Shown: positions 27,901 through 37,966 of the stretch, piece by piece | Layout: each line of letters begins with the position of its first letter | Numbering within the stretch: position 1 is the first letter of the stretch | Source: a virus | Taxonomy: Duplodnaviria; Caudoviricetes | Direction: 5' to 3' (one strand) | Virus record (IMG/VR): IMGVR_UViG_3300036794_000053 | Span: 42,198-106,197 of that record | Length of the DNA stretch: 64,000 bases | The notes under the pieces: model-generated | What the model was told of the DNA's origin: nothing | Databases searched by the model: none | Seen by the model: the letters and a program-made list of their open reading frames with translations, nothing else | Position numbers and translations under genes: made by a program

Positions 27901-30643
27901 CGCATGGGGCGGGAAGGCTTTCGGCCCGGAAGGCGCGATCCTGGGCGGCATTATTGGTGGTGTTGAGAGCGGCGCGCCCGCCATTATTAACGCGCTGGGT
28001 GGGACCACGTCGTCTGGTGCGGGGAAAGCAGCCACCGGTTTGGGGGCTATGTGGAACAGCACCGATGTTATCACGTCCCCTCTTCAAAACATCGCTAAGG
28101 GAACTGATTTCAACGACACCGCTTTCGGTAAGGATTTCAAGCAGTTCCGGCAGGGTGTGGCGGATGTAATGCACGGGCCGCTGGAACACCTCGCCGGCAG
28201 CGCGCAAGACCCGATCGCTAAGGCGCTCTACGGCCCGCAGGGACTCATCAACCCAGGTCTGTTCGGACCAACATCCGCACCGACGCTGCCGACCCCACCG
28301 CCTGGTACCGGGATGATCCCCGCACCTGACATCGACACGCAGGCGTTTCCTCCCGGCAAGAAAGAGAACACTGTCGTCCAAGCCCCAGGGCCCGGGAAGC
28401 CTGGAGGAGTTCTCCAGCGGGTACAGGACGCCAACGGAAACACAATTGGTTACCGGAACACGTTTGATTCTGGTGCGACTAGTTCTTGGGTGTCGACTCC
28501 TAAGGGCGGAAGTGAGCTTGATACTACGACCGCTCCGGATAAGCAGGGCTTGCAGGATCTAACTAGGTCTATTCAGGCTCCTGGTGATTCGAAGGTGCGT
28601 AGTCAGGTTATCCACAATGCCAACGCTTTTGGTGGCGGCACGGCGGATGTTCCTACCTATACGTCCCCGCCGGCTCCCGCGCTGCCACCGGCTGCCGCCG
28701 CGCCGGCACCAACGCAGGGAAAGGGCCCATTCCATAGCACCCAAACCTTTACTAAGGGTGGGGTCGGCCACACCAATACGTATGACCGTACGGCTGATGG
28801 GTCGAGCGCTTATCACCAGACGTCCACCGCTGGCGAAGATATGACCACCTATAAGGACGCTGCTGGCGATAAGCAGACTGTTGGCCAGTGGGTGGACAAG
28901 CAGGGGAAGGTGCATCAGCTTAAGGGGAAGGTTCAGGTTGGCGGCGCGGGTCCCCCTGGCGAGGATGAGTATGGGGGTATCCCGGTTCCTGGTGAGGTGG
29001 CGAAGCAGAAGGCGGCGCAGCAGAACGCGTTGGACCAGTTGAATCGTGCTCGGGGTATTCCTGGGCCTGGTTCGGGTGGTCCTCGTCCTGACCTCGGTGG
29101 GAGGCTGGGCGGTGCCGCGTCCGCGTCGGCGGGCACGCTCGGTAAGGTTGGGACCGCGACCGCTGGTGCGAGTACGAGCATGGGTGGTTTGGCCGCGGAA
29201 ACGAATAAGGCTAATACGGCGTTTCGTCAGACTGGTGCGGCGACCACAGCGGCTACGGCGCATATGAAGCAGCTGAATCAGTTTAAGCAACTGCAGCAGC
29301 AGCATCAGAAAACGCAGACGGCGGGTCAGAAACTGACTCAGGCGTTGGGTTTGGCTCAGGGTGCTGGTGGTGTGGCCGCTGACCATATGCAGAATGTGCA
29401 GAATTCCGCTGGTCAGGCGCAGGCGGGTTTGCAGGCGGTCCATCAGGGTTTGACTGCGCAGTCGGCCACGCTGGCGGCTGGTGCTGGTGGCGCCCCGCAG
29501 GCACCACAACTGCAGCCGCCGCCGCAGCTGCAGCCGCAGCAAAGGCCCGGTGGGCAGGTGGCCGGCGGGGAGGGTCTCGCCGCTCAGGCCAGGGACAAGC
29601 AGCAGCAGCAGCCATCCGCTGGCGGTGGTGCTGCTGGCGCCCAGCTGGACCCGGCTAAGGGTGGTGGTGATCTCGCTCAGGCGCAGAGCCAACTTGTCGC
29701 CGGTGTGTCGGATGCCGCTGATTTGACGGCGAAGGCTGGTTCTTTGACGGGGAAGAAGGAGGAGGAACACCTTAAGCAGGCGAAGGGCCCGGCGGATAAA
29801 GGGACCAGCAGTTTCCTCGATTCGATGGAAAGTTCTTTGCAGCAGGGCGCGGATAAGGGCAGCGGTGGTGGTGGTGGCGCTGGGTGTGCCGCTGGCGCGA
29901 AGGTCGCCGATAAGGCCGCGAGTTGTGGTAAGAGCGAGGCGAAGTCGCAGTCGCCGTCTCGGGTGTTTATGGAACTCGGCGAGAACATGACGTTGGGTTT
30001 GAAGATTGGTATGGAGGAAGGCGTCAAGGGCAGCTTTGAGCAGCTCGGCGCGGACATGAGTACTGGTTTGGCTATTGGTTTGGTCGACGGTATTAAGCAT
30101 CGTGGCTATTTGGCTGGTCCGACGATTCAGAGTGTGGTGAATCAGGTCGGTGGCCAGATGTCGTCGGGTATGGGTTCGGCGGTGGACAAATCGGTGCAGT
30201 CCGCCGTGAATTCGGTGAGCCAGTTCGACTACAACGAGGCGCTGTCCGGTGGGTTGGGCGCTGGTGTCACGGCCGCGTCGAACGGGGTGAGCCCGATCGC
30301 GCAGGACTACGGTTTGATGATCGGTTATACGTGGGCTGAGAATGTGGTGACGGGCACCCAAAGTGTGCTGCAGTCCAGCCAGTTCGCCGATCTGGTGGTG
30401 CCGCAGTTTAAGTCGGCGCTAGCCCAGGCCGATCTCGGCAAACTGGGTTTGTTGCCGCCGGCTGGTTCGGGCGCCCAGTACTACACCACCACTTCGGGTT
30501 CGGCTGGGATGGTGTCGATGTCGCCGGTGGTGAACGCGACGATCATGGTGAATGTGGATGGTTCACCGATGGAAACGGTCGCGCAGCAGGTGGTGGACAC
30601 GTCGCTGAACAATCTGACGAACTCGATCAGCGCACAAAGGTAG
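24932..30643 (+). CDS. Tape measure-like protein, copy 1 (1903 aa)
   Basis: Follows the chaperones; 'LHLEITAD' N-terminus, Ala/Gly-rich hydrophobic core, 'SPSRVFMELGENMTLGLKIG'. Confidence 0.8.
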   Translation: MVASASQLHLEITADSTNAVDAMDKAKSAIRNLHGERASIGIELTGAQEAASQIDRVRQAREKASGTVKVGVDAGGMDEAEAKVGSLRRAVQGLAGDLAPLGRSRQTLSVDSGGIRQAAADTAEFGRQTNQARGSLTGLASDARGAADSHESYSRSVRAATASTGSLVSAHGDAERSFGRVSAKADELGARMQSVGAQMAAHERSINQFSNSSERGLRRVADAADDLGARSGNIAAAAKELKGLASAAEDADRANARLSSSRPPAPREPVPVRELAMAGAPAGGGGSAGGGAQPSPSMGWRGATSPNEPGRTGFRIDNNERRMQARQGRPAPTGGTGGGTGGGPPPPPKGYGGGPVGGDDEDPDDLLGRREARARLEEQAAAEKEARQEADRAARAASHQKVMDRLAQAKKEGMLSREQPPEATAAAKQLQDEQQSLWDAARGGPGTPGPYETGPHGEAGSGFRSHFPPPMQGPERPVSPETQADINRAAQLHEQEHAKWQAKHDAKAIEKQADRAAAGLGPTGPEQSPFESDAEYATRMARGVKDTKAAEERTRAKLAARGTVSAKHLGEIEESERTLRYGPPPGDTASTAPVWNADKGQWEYPNEPPDKQPPPRRGGGRGGAGGAGGKEPGPFEDEEKALKSVHGPAMVSLLGSGMATIVTALAGLLQAKEVIKNTPSLAGAFGDAQKHFAQGVSDAMDAKIDAAAAPMLEATKNNLYQFGKQLEKTGEAMLPTFAHVLDQAAAQAATSNAALRPIMPGAATGLGDTLDSIMSAISSPASIAGQKSVIGALTSGQDQAAISDITGGVIGAGGPVLKGVLDAGGMLDSAFGGGFGGGDKSQQFASAISAGLGGRAGWLASGGKGVLAARAASGTAGAAEAAGGAAGGAGAAVGAETSLVGPISGAAAGVGLGLLTQYQQQQNAEQPGSQDTTQNLLSAAGGYGLAKAFGLKGGWPMIAGFAADAATSEAPIPKDWKTAIDKTVTGAGLGAWGGKAFGPEGAILGGIIGGVESGAPAIINALGGTTSSGAGKAATGLGAMWNSTDVITSPLQNIAKGTDFNDTAFGKDFKQFRQGVADVMHGPLEHLAGSAQDPIAKALYGPQGLINPGLFGPTSAPTLPTPPPGTGMIPAPDIDTQAFPPGKKENTVVQAPGPGKPGGVLQRVQDANGNTIGYRNTFDSGATSSWVSTPKGGSELDTTTAPDKQGLQDLTRSIQAPGDSKVRSQVIHNANAFGGGTADVPTYTSPPAPALPPAAAAPAPTQGKGPFHSTQTFTKGGVGHTNTYDRTADGSSAYHQTSTAGEDMTTYKDAAGDKQTVGQWVDKQGKVHQLKGKVQVGGAGPPGEDEYGGIPVPGEVAKQKAAQQNALDQLNRARGIPGPGSGGPRPDLGGRLGGAASASAGTLGKVGTATAGASTSMGGLAAETNKANTAFRQTGAATTAATAHMKQLNQFKQLQQQHQKTQTAGQKLTQALGLAQGAGGVAADHMQNVQNSAGQAQAGLQAVHQGLTAQSATLAAGAGGAPQAPQLQPPPQLQPQQRPGGQVAGGEGLAAQARDKQQQQPSAGGGAAGAQLDPAKGGGDLAQAQSQLVAGVSDAADLTAKAGSLTGKKEEEHLKQAKGPADKGTSSFLDSMESSLQQGADKGSGGGGGAGCAAGAKVADKAASCGKSEAKSQSPSRVFMELGENMTLGLKIGMEEGVKGSFEQLGADMSTGLAIGLVDGIKHRGYLAGPTIQSVVNQVGGQMSSGMGSAVDKSVQSAVNSVSQFDYNEALSGGLGAGVTAASNGVSPIAQDYGLMIGYTWAENVVTGTQSVLQSSQFADLVVPQFKSALAQADLGKLGLLPPAGSGAQYYTTTSGSAGMVSMSPVVNATIMVNVDGSPMETVAQQVVDTSLNNLTNSISAQR

Positions 30644-30654
30644 GTGAGTGAACA

Positions 30655-33600
30655 ATGGCCGGGCTACACCTCGAAGTCACAGCGGAAGATTGCCGCCCCG
30701 CTGACACCATGCGAAGGGTCGGCGAAGCGGTTCGGGAATTGAGCCGTGAAGACTTACGCGAGGATGTCGAGGTTGAAGCCGCGGAAGACGCGGCCCGGCG
30801 GTTGGCGAGGGTGCGTGAGGCGTGGGCCGGCTCCTCACGCACCGTCAAGTTTGAGATCGAAACCGAGGACGAGTCCGAGGAGAAGATCGGGTCTTACCGC
30901 CGCGCGGTGCAGGGTTTGGCCAAAGAGTTCGACGTCATCGGCATGACCAGGCACACCGTCATGGTCGACGGCGGGTTGTTGCGCCGCGCGTCCGGTGACA
31001 TGGACGAGTTCTCCCGGCAGGTTGACCGTGGTCGTGTCATGGTGCGCGCAATGGGCGAATCGGCGGACGCCGCCGGTGACGGTCTGGATGTGTATTCGGG
31101 TTCGTTGCGGGCGGGTGAGCGGGACACCCGTTCTTTGGTGGGGGCTCACGCGGATGCGGAACGCAGTTTCGCGGAAAGCACTTCCCGCATGGACGATATC
31201 GGGTCGCGTCTGAATGTTGTGGGTAAGGCCGCGGATTACGAGTCGCCGCTAGATCGCGGTGGCGTTCCTTCATTTGGGTCGGCGCCGTCGGAACCACGGG
31301 TGCCTGCTTTAGCTGGCGCCGGTGGTCAGGCTCCGCGTGGGGCGCAGATGACCAGGTATTACAGGGCGCCGCAGAAAGCGCGGCCTCGTTCCCCGGAAGA
31401 CCCGAAGGATCGGGCCGCGCGCCGTGCTGTGGTTCGGGAGGCTGAGCGGATAATGCGGGGCGGGGGACCACCTCAGGGGCCTCGTAAGCCACCCGGCCCC
31501 CCTAGTGGCGGTTCCGGTGGCACTCCCGGCGGCGGCGATGAGTCGTTCAATGAGCGGAGGCTTCACCACTTTCTGGGCAGCGAAGACTTCGAGGCGGAAA
31601 TGGAGAAGGAGCGCCAGCGGTTGCTGGAGGAACGCCGGAATGAGGCGCTTCAGCGCGCAATCGAACGCGGCAAGGACCTTCCCCGGCCTGATGCTGATAT
31701 GCAGGTGCCGCCGGCTACGGTGGCACCCGGCTCCGAGGAAGCGTTGGGTCGGACACGGCAACAGCCGAGCCCAGGGGAAGTCGCTGACGCCACCCAGGAG
31801 AAGCGGGTGCCGCGGTCTTCCCCGCAGGAGGACTCTTTAGAGAAAGCCCGTAGAGAAGCTGGCGAGAAACTGGACCAAGCCTTCGAGAAGTACAAGAAGG
31901 AGCATTCGGAGGAGAGTCTTAGGGAATGGGCGCGCGCCCAGGCGCACTACGACGTCGCAAGGGCAAACCTGCGGGATGCCGCCAACAAATTGCCTCCTGC
32001 CCCACCGAGCGCGCCTAGCCCGCCCGTGCAGCCGAGTGCGCCCAAACCGCCTGTGCAGCCGAAGGCCCCGAGCGTGCCCCCTACGGGTGGTGGCGCGGGC
32101 ACTGCGCCGGCCCCACCTGCGCAGCCGGCGCCTCCCGCGCAACCTCCCCCAGCTGCCCCGCCCAGCGCGCCCCAACCCCCTGCTGCGCCCCCGGCGCCCC
32201 CGGCTCCCGCGGAACCTCCTCCGTCCCAGCCGGTTCCTCCGCGTCCTGCCGATCAACCTCCGGCTGGTCCTCCAGCTGAACCGTCGGCCGGAGGACCGCC
32301 GCCTACAGCCGCCGGGGGTGAGCGCGGCGGGGGTGGGGGTAAGGAACCTGGTCCGTTCGAACGGGAAGCGCAGGCGTTCAAGTCCAGCCTTGGCGCGGGC
32401 ATGGTCAGTGGTTTCCTGGCTGGGACGGCCACCATGGTTAGCGCCATGGCTGGTTTGGCCGAAGCCAAAACGGTGATCAAGAACACCGGCGAGTTGAAGA
32501 ACGCTTTTAGCGACGCGAAGGCCGAGTTCGCCAAAGGCATTCGAGACAACGCGAACGCTAACCTTGACGCCGGATTCGCACCCCAACTGGAACACCTGGG
32601 TGATTCGTTTAACCAGTTCGGCAAGAGTCTGGAACAGACCGGCCAGTCTATGTTGTCGACGGCAGCTAATCTTTTGAACCAAGGGGCGGCGCAAGCCGCT
32701 ATCTCCAGTGCGGCGCTGCGGCCTATCATGCCCGGTGCCGGCGCTAGCTTGGGTAACACCATTGACTCGCTGCTCGGCGCGGTGTCGTCACAGGCTTCCA
32801 TCGCGGGCCAGAAGAGCGCCATTGGCGGTTTGACCAGCGCCGACGATCAGTCGGCCATCTCGGATATCGCCGGTGGCCTCATCGGCGTTGGTGGCCCAGC
32901 GCTGAAAGCGGTGGCGGACATTGCTGGGATGGTCGACAGCGCGTTCGGCGGCGGGTTCGAAGATGAGTCTCAGAAGTTCGCTGCCGGCATTTCCGTTGCC
33001 GCTGGTGCGCGCGCGGGTTGGGTAGCCGGCGGCCCGGTGGGTGCGCTGGCCGGCGCCGGCCTTGGCCTTCTCACCCAGCTCCAGCAGGGGCAGGGGCAAC
33101 AAGACACCACCCAAGGTCTGCTTACCGCGGCTGGGGGCTACGGACTTGGCAAGGCTTTCGGGCTCAAGGGCGGCGCGTCGATGCTTGTCGGTCTCGGGGC
33201 CGATTTCCTGACGTCTGAGGTTTCGCTACCGCCCGAGTGGGAAGACACCGCTCAGAAAGCCGTGCAGGGCGGCGGCCTGGGGGCGGTCCTAGGTAACGCT
33301 CTCTTCGGGGGGAAGGGCGCGATCGCGCTCGGTCTCGCTGGCGCTCTCCTCAATGCGCAGGATTCCGCCGGGGCCGCGATGGGACTCACCTCGAAGTCTG
33401 GTTGGGGGAAGATCGGCAGCTCGGCTGAGTCGGGACTGCTGGATTGGGTGAAGGACGCGGGGCTCGGCGTCCAGGGCGCGCATGAGGCGTTCGGTCAGGA
33501 CTTCGCTTCGTTCCGGCAGGGTGTGGCGGACGTAACGCAAGGACCGCTGCAGGACATTGCCGGCGCCGCTCACGACCCAATCGATCAGGCGGTGTTTGGC

Positions 33601-35802
33601 CAACACGGGTTCCTTATGCACCCTGGCATGTTCGGTCCCACATCTCCGGTGGCTATGCCGGATGTGCCGGGTGTGCAACCCGGCTCGGGGATGATGTCTG
33701 TTCCGGATATCGATCAGCAGATGTTCCCGCCGGGTTCGAAGCAGGACACGGTCACTACTCCGCTGGGGACGTTCCAGCGTGCCCAGGGCGATGACGGCGC
33801 GCTCAGTTTCCAGAACCAGTTCATTTCGGGTGCGAGCAGCGCTTACCAGTCGGCTCCGGGGCAGGGCAGCGTGCTTGACACGCAGTCCGCTCCGGACGCG
33901 TCGGGGGCGTATCAGCAGCAAATTGTTACGCAGGACCCGGCTTCTGGTATTACACGTACTCAGGAGCAGGATTTTGATCCTGCGAAGGGTGGTCTCCAGC
34001 GGCCGCTGGTCCCTGTGTATACGTCACCTACGCCCCCCCAGCCTAAACCGGGCGAAGACGATGCGATTGGCCAGCCCAAGAAGAAGGGGCCCGGCGGACC
34101 GAAGGATAAGGGCGATTTGCGGGGTGAGAAGCACACTGGTGGCTTCCACATCGGGTTGTGGCATTCGTTGAGCGGCGGCCAAAAGCTCGTCCAGAAGCCT
34201 CAGAAGCCCCAGAAGGATAAGAACAAGCCCCAACCCGCTCCCCCTACGGGCGGCGGTGGTGGCGGCGGTTCCAGTCTGAACAGTCCTAGTGCGATATCGG
34301 ACTTCCTCAGCCAGCTGAACTCTGATGCGTCTTCGGCTCCGGCGCCGTTGAGTCAGGTGGGGCATGCGTCGGCGGCGGCGAAGTCGCACTTGGCGAACGT
34401 GTCGGCGAACTCGAACAAGGTGAACACCGCGTTCCGCCAGACCGGTGTGGATGCCGCGTCGGCTACGGCGCAGACCCGGCAGCTTGACCATTCGACTCAA
34501 CTGCAGCGGCAGCTTGAGCAGACTCACCAGTCAAACGCTGGCGTCAATAGGTCGTACAGCCAGGTAGGGGCGGCTGGTAGCCAAACTGCCGACAGCATGC
34601 AGAATGTGCAGAACACTTCGGGCCAGGCGCAGCAGACGTTGCAGGCGAATCGGCAGTCGTTGACTCCGCAGCCACCGGCCCCGCCAAAGCACATCCCGCC
34701 TCCGGTGCACGCTCCGCAGCAACCACCACAGCAGCAGCAGCCGGGTGTGGGCGATGCCAACATGTCGCCGCTGAAGGACTCAGCGGCACAACAACAGCAG
34801 CAGCAGCCCGCTAGCGCCGGTGGTGACATTGCGCCGCCCCCGGACCCATCATCGGCCGGCGCGGACCTGGCTATCTACCAGGAACACACGGTAGAGATGC
34901 TGTGGGATGCCGGGTTCGTCCTGGCCGGTGTGGAGAGCCCAACCGAAATGACCGAGAAACACATCGGCCATATGGGCCAAAACGTTGGTCACGACACCGG
35001 CAATGATGCGAAGGGTGGTTCCGCCGGGTCTCAGGTGATGGAGGAGGCCACTAAGGCTGGCGGCGGTAAAGGCGGTTCGTGCGCCACCGGTAAGGCCGAG
35101 GCGAAGAAAGCTGGTAGTTGTGCGAGTGGCGCCGCTGGGGCTAAGTCGCCGGCTACGAAGTGGATGCCGATCGGCGCGGATTTGACCGCTGGTATGGATG
35201 TTGGTATGCGGCGGGACCGGTTGGAGAGCAGCGGCCATAACGCGGCCAGTGCGTGGGCGAGTCGTATGGCGGACGGTTTGGAGCATGGCGGCTACACCAG
35301 GGCGGCTGACTCGGTTGTCGGTCAGCTCGGCGGCCAGCTCGGGCTGGGCGACGCCGTGAACAACGCGCTAGCGAACGTCGCTAACACCATCGCCCAGTTC
35401 AACTACAACTCGGAGTTGGCTGGCGCGTTCGGGGCCGGGCTGGTCGCCGCGGCGAATGGTGTCACTCCGATCGCGCAGGATCACGGGTTGATGATCGGGT
35501 ACGTGTTCGCCGAGAACATCGTGACCGGCGCGCAGAATGTGCTGCAATCGGCGGCGTTCGCGGACCTCGTCGTCCCAGCCTTCAAGTCGGCGTTGGCGCA
35601 AGCTGACCTCGGCAAATTGGGACTGCTCCCTCCCGCTGGTCGGGGTGCGCAGTATTACACCACCACTTCTGGTAGCGCTGGGATGGTGTCGATGACACCG
35701 GTGGTGAACACGACGGTGACCGTGTCTGATTCTGGTGGGACGCCGTTGCAGTCCACTAACAAGGTGTTGAGGGCGTCGTGGACTAACCGTAACGCCGCGT
35801 AA
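30655..35802 (+). CDS. Tape measure-like protein, copy 2 (1715 aa), colinear paralogue
   Basis: Shares many blocks with copy 1, e.g. FKSALAQADLGKLGLLPPAG.GAQYYTTTSGSAGMVSM. Confidence 0.75.
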   Translation: MAGLHLEVTAEDCRPADTMRRVGEAVRELSREDLREDVEVEAAEDAARRLARVREAWAGSSRTVKFEIETEDESEEKIGSYRRAVQGLAKEFDVIGMTRHTVMVDGGLLRRASGDMDEFSRQVDRGRVMVRAMGESADAAGDGLDVYSGSLRAGERDTRSLVGAHADAERSFAESTSRMDDIGSRLNVVGKAADYESPLDRGGVPSFGSAPSEPRVPALAGAGGQAPRGAQMTRYYRAPQKARPRSPEDPKDRAARRAVVREAERIMRGGGPPQGPRKPPGPPSGGSGGTPGGGDESFNERRLHHFLGSEDFEAEMEKERQRLLEERRNEALQRAIERGKDLPRPDADMQVPPATVAPGSEEALGRTRQQPSPGEVADATQEKRVPRSSPQEDSLEKARREAGEKLDQAFEKYKKEHSEESLREWARAQAHYDVARANLRDAANKLPPAPPSAPSPPVQPSAPKPPVQPKAPSVPPTGGGAGTAPAPPAQPAPPAQPPPAAPPSAPQPPAAPPAPPAPAEPPPSQPVPPRPADQPPAGPPAEPSAGGPPPTAAGGERGGGGGKEPGPFEREAQAFKSSLGAGMVSGFLAGTATMVSAMAGLAEAKTVIKNTGELKNAFSDAKAEFAKGIRDNANANLDAGFAPQLEHLGDSFNQFGKSLEQTGQSMLSTAANLLNQGAAQAAISSAALRPIMPGAGASLGNTIDSLLGAVSSQASIAGQKSAIGGLTSADDQSAISDIAGGLIGVGGPALKAVADIAGMVDSAFGGGFEDESQKFAAGISVAAGARAGWVAGGPVGALAGAGLGLLTQLQQGQGQQDTTQGLLTAAGGYGLGKAFGLKGGASMLVGLGADFLTSEVSLPPEWEDTAQKAVQGGGLGAVLGNALFGGKGAIALGLAGALLNAQDSAGAAMGLTSKSGWGKIGSSAESGLLDWVKDAGLGVQGAHEAFGQDFASFRQGVADVTQGPLQDIAGAAHDPIDQAVFGQHGFLMHPGMFGPTSPVAMPDVPGVQPGSGMMSVPDIDQQMFPPGSKQDTVTTPLGTFQRAQGDDGALSFQNQFISGASSAYQSAPGQGSVLDTQSAPDASGAYQQQIVTQDPASGITRTQEQDFDPAKGGLQRPLVPVYTSPTPPQPKPGEDDAIGQPKKKGPGGPKDKGDLRGEKHTGGFHIGLWHSLSGGQKLVQKPQKPQKDKNKPQPAPPTGGGGGGGSSLNSPSAISDFLSQLNSDASSAPAPLSQVGHASAAAKSHLANVSANSNKVNTAFRQTGVDAASATAQTRQLDHSTQLQRQLEQTHQSNAGVNRSYSQVGAAGSQTADSMQNVQNTSGQAQQTLQANRQSLTPQPPAPPKHIPPPVHAPQQPPQQQQPGVGDANMSPLKDSAAQQQQQQPASAGGDIAPPPDPSSAGADLAIYQEHTVEMLWDAGFVLAGVESPTEMTEKHIGHMGQNVGHDTGNDAKGGSAGSQVMEEATKAGGGKGGSCATGKAEAKKAGSCASGAAGAKSPATKWMPIGADLTAGMDVGMRRDRLESSGHNAASAWASRMADGLEHGGYTRAADSVVGQLGGQLGLGDAVNNALANVANTIAQFNYNSELAGAFGAGLVAAANGVTPIAQDHGLMIGYVFAENIVTGAQNVLQSAAFADLVVPAFKSALAQADLGKLGLLPPAGRGAQYYTTTSGSAGMVSMTPVVNTTVTVSDSGGTPLQSTNKVLRASWTNRNAA

Positions 35803-35811
35803 ATAGGCAAG

Positions 35812-35867
35812 CCGTCACCCCCGTCCAAGCAAAAAATGGGCGGGGGTGACGGGGCTGCGCCTTTTTT
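35812..35867 (+). terminator. Terminator-like hairpin after TMP2
   Basis: CCGTCACCCCCGTCCA / TGGGCGGGGGTGACGG followed by a T run. Confidence 0.6.
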
Positions 35868-35894
35868 CTTCTTTCGCCGAATTGGTGAGGCCCC

Positions 35895-37559
35895 ATGCCG
35901 TCTTCATTGACCACCATCACCTACCAGCCCACTTCCTCTCCGCAGCTGGGTAACTGGAGTGTGGTGGGTGCCGCGACCGGATGGCAAGCCGTTTCGTCTG
36001 GCACGAATCTGGAGTATGTGGAGTTGGCGCCGGGGATTTGCCGGCTACCGTCACAAGTTATCCAGTTCGGCTTCCCCACCCCGTCAATCCCTACCGGCGC
36101 CCGGGTGTATTCGGTGGGTATTCGCCGCACCGTGCAACTCGTTGCACCCACACCACCGGCAGTGAACTGCTTCCACTGGTTCCGCTGCCTCAGCGGTTTG
36201 ATTCAGGTCGCTGGGCAGGCGCAGCAGGAGCACACCCAGTTCTTCTCCTCCGCGCTCCCGACGAATCCAGTGCCGGGCGGGTGGATGACGGAAAGCGTGT
36301 ACACCTCCACGACCGCGCCGGATGGCACGGCGTGGGACCTGACCACGAATCTGTCCTCGGGGAACTTCATCTACGAAATGGGCCGCGGCGACACCGCCAG
36401 CACCACCATCTTTGTGTCCGAGGTGTATCTGGACATCACCTACCAGACACAGTCGACGGTGACGGTGACCGCGCCGACCGGGACGGTGACCACCACCCAA
36501 CCGACGGTGACATGGACGTATGCGTCGGCGAACTCCCAACCTCAGCAGGGCTATCAGGTTGCGGTGTACACGGCTGCGCAAACCGCCGGTATGGGATTCG
36601 CCCCGTTTGTCACGACCCCGATCGATGGAACCAGCGGAGTCGTCCTGGGTGAAGCCCTGCAATGGACGATGAACATTGATTTGACCAACGGCTCGTATGC
36701 GGCGTACGTCCAGTCTGAGGCGCAGTGGGCGGGGCCGGGGAGTTTCTTCTCGGCGACCGGTTCGACCACGTGGACGCGTTCGGTGTCGTCGCCACCGCCG
36801 AATGCGTCGTTCACCTCGGCGGTATTCGATGCGGAGAACAATCGTGTCGCATTGACTTTCGCCCCGGGTGGGTCGTCGCCGGCCACGGTCGCGTTCACGG
36901 TGTTCGCCAGCCGCGACGGCGGGCAGTCGTACAACCCGATTCCGAGTTTGACGTATGTGCCGGCGCAGGGCATGAGCCCGATCACCGGATACGACTATGT
37001 GGCGCCGCTGAACAGGCTGTCCCAGTATTTCGTGTTGGCTTACAGCGGGTCACCACTGCAGGCCGCCGCGTCAGCATCGGCTGTTTTGTCGGTTACTCCG
37101 ACTGGTGACCGAGCGTGGTTGAAGGACCCGTCGAATCCGATTCTCAACACCGTGCTCCCGATCGGCGCTCCGAAGCAAAGCGACGAAGGTATCAAGATCA
37201 CGAAGAGGCGCATGCAAGGCGCCTTCCAGTTACTGGGCGGGGTCGGCACACAAGTGCTACCGGTCATTGTGTCCGGGCCAACCTACGGCGACGAATACGA
37301 ATTCGAACTCATCTTCGTCGAAGGCGACCCCACCGTGCCAATGACGCTGTGGGCAACGGTCGACGAACTCGACCGCTCCGGCAACACCCTGCTCCTACAA
37401 CTACCTGATGGCACGCAGTTGTGGGTGGTGACCGGACCGGGCGCTACCAGCCAGGACACCGAAGAGCATTACAACGCGGTCGCGGGTGATCCGACGGTCA
37501 CTTTGTGGCGCCGCCGAAAACTAACCATGACGGAGACAAATCCGCCGGCGTTCTATTAG
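35895..37559 (+). CDS. Minor tail protein (FN3-like / distal tail)
   Basis: Beta-rich; 'YDYVAPLN', 'AWLKDP..PILN', 'TLLLQLPDG'. Confidence 0.7.
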   Translation: MPSSLTTITYQPTSSPQLGNWSVVGAATGWQAVSSGTNLEYVELAPGICRLPSQVIQFGFPTPSIPTGARVYSVGIRRTVQLVAPTPPAVNCFHWFRCLSGLIQVAGQAQQEHTQFFSSALPTNPVPGGWMTESVYTSTTAPDGTAWDLTTNLSSGNFIYEMGRGDTASTTIFVSEVYLDITYQTQSTVTVTAPTGTVTTTQPTVTWTYASANSQPQQGYQVAVYTAAQTAGMGFAPFVTTPIDGTSGVVLGEALQWTMNIDLTNGSYAAYVQSEAQWAGPGSFFSATGSTTWTRSVSSPPPNASFTSAVFDAENNRVALTFAPGGSSPATVAFTVFASRDGGQSYNPIPSLTYVPAQGMSPITGYDYVAPLNRLSQYFVLAYSGSPLQAAASASAVLSVTPTGDRAWLKDPSNPILNTVLPIGAPKQSDEGIKITKRRMQGAFQLLGGVGTQVLPVIVSGPTYGDEYEFELIFVEGDPTVPMTLWATVDELDRSGNTLLLQLPDGTQLWVVTGPGATSQDTEEHYNAVAGDPTVTLWRRRKLTMTETNPPAFY

Positions 37560-37582
37560 CCACATTGACAGAGGGGCAAGTG

Positions 37583-37966
37583 GTGCAGGGATTCTCTGCC
37601 GCTTTCGCGGCCACTGTCCAAAACAGCCACACCGCTGTTGTTGTGATTCAGCTGATTCAGAACGGCAAAGTGGTTGGCACGATCTATCCGCATGCCGGGT
37701 CGGTGAACGCTGACCGTCTCGCCGGCCAGATGAGAACGATCCAGTTCGAGCTGGTTGATACGGACGGCACCCTCACCCCAACCGGCATGGGTTCGTTGCT
37801 CGCGCCATTCGGGACGCGGGTTCAGATTTATCGAGGTGTGCGGATTAAGAATGTTGAAACGTTGAGCGCGGTCTATGGCGGCGCTAATTCATGGCTGCCA
37901 CAAACGACCGGGGACATGAACGGCGTAGTGATAGGCGCGTCCGGCAGTCTCACGTTGGGGGTGTGA
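37583..37966 (+). CDS. N-terminal portion of a DUF5047-like minor tail (hub) protein
   Basis: 'FSAAFAATVQNSH...GSVNADR...RT...LAPFGTRVQIYRGV'. Confidence 0.6.
   Translation: MQGFSAAFAATVQNSHTAVVVIQLIQNGKVVGTIYPHAGSVNADRLAGQMRTIQFELVDTDGTLTPTGMGSLLAPFGTRVQIYRGVRIKNVETLSAVYGGANSWLPQTTGDMNGVVIGASGSLTLGV

Noticed and set aside
13508-30361. Long antisense ORFs (e.g. 13508-15037, 19311-20864, 28559-30361)
   Set aside because: Shadow frames of high-GC coding genes; Arg/His-rich with no motifs
31990-32330. C-rich repeats inside TMP2
   Set aside because: They encode a Pro-Ala-rich linker, not an independent element
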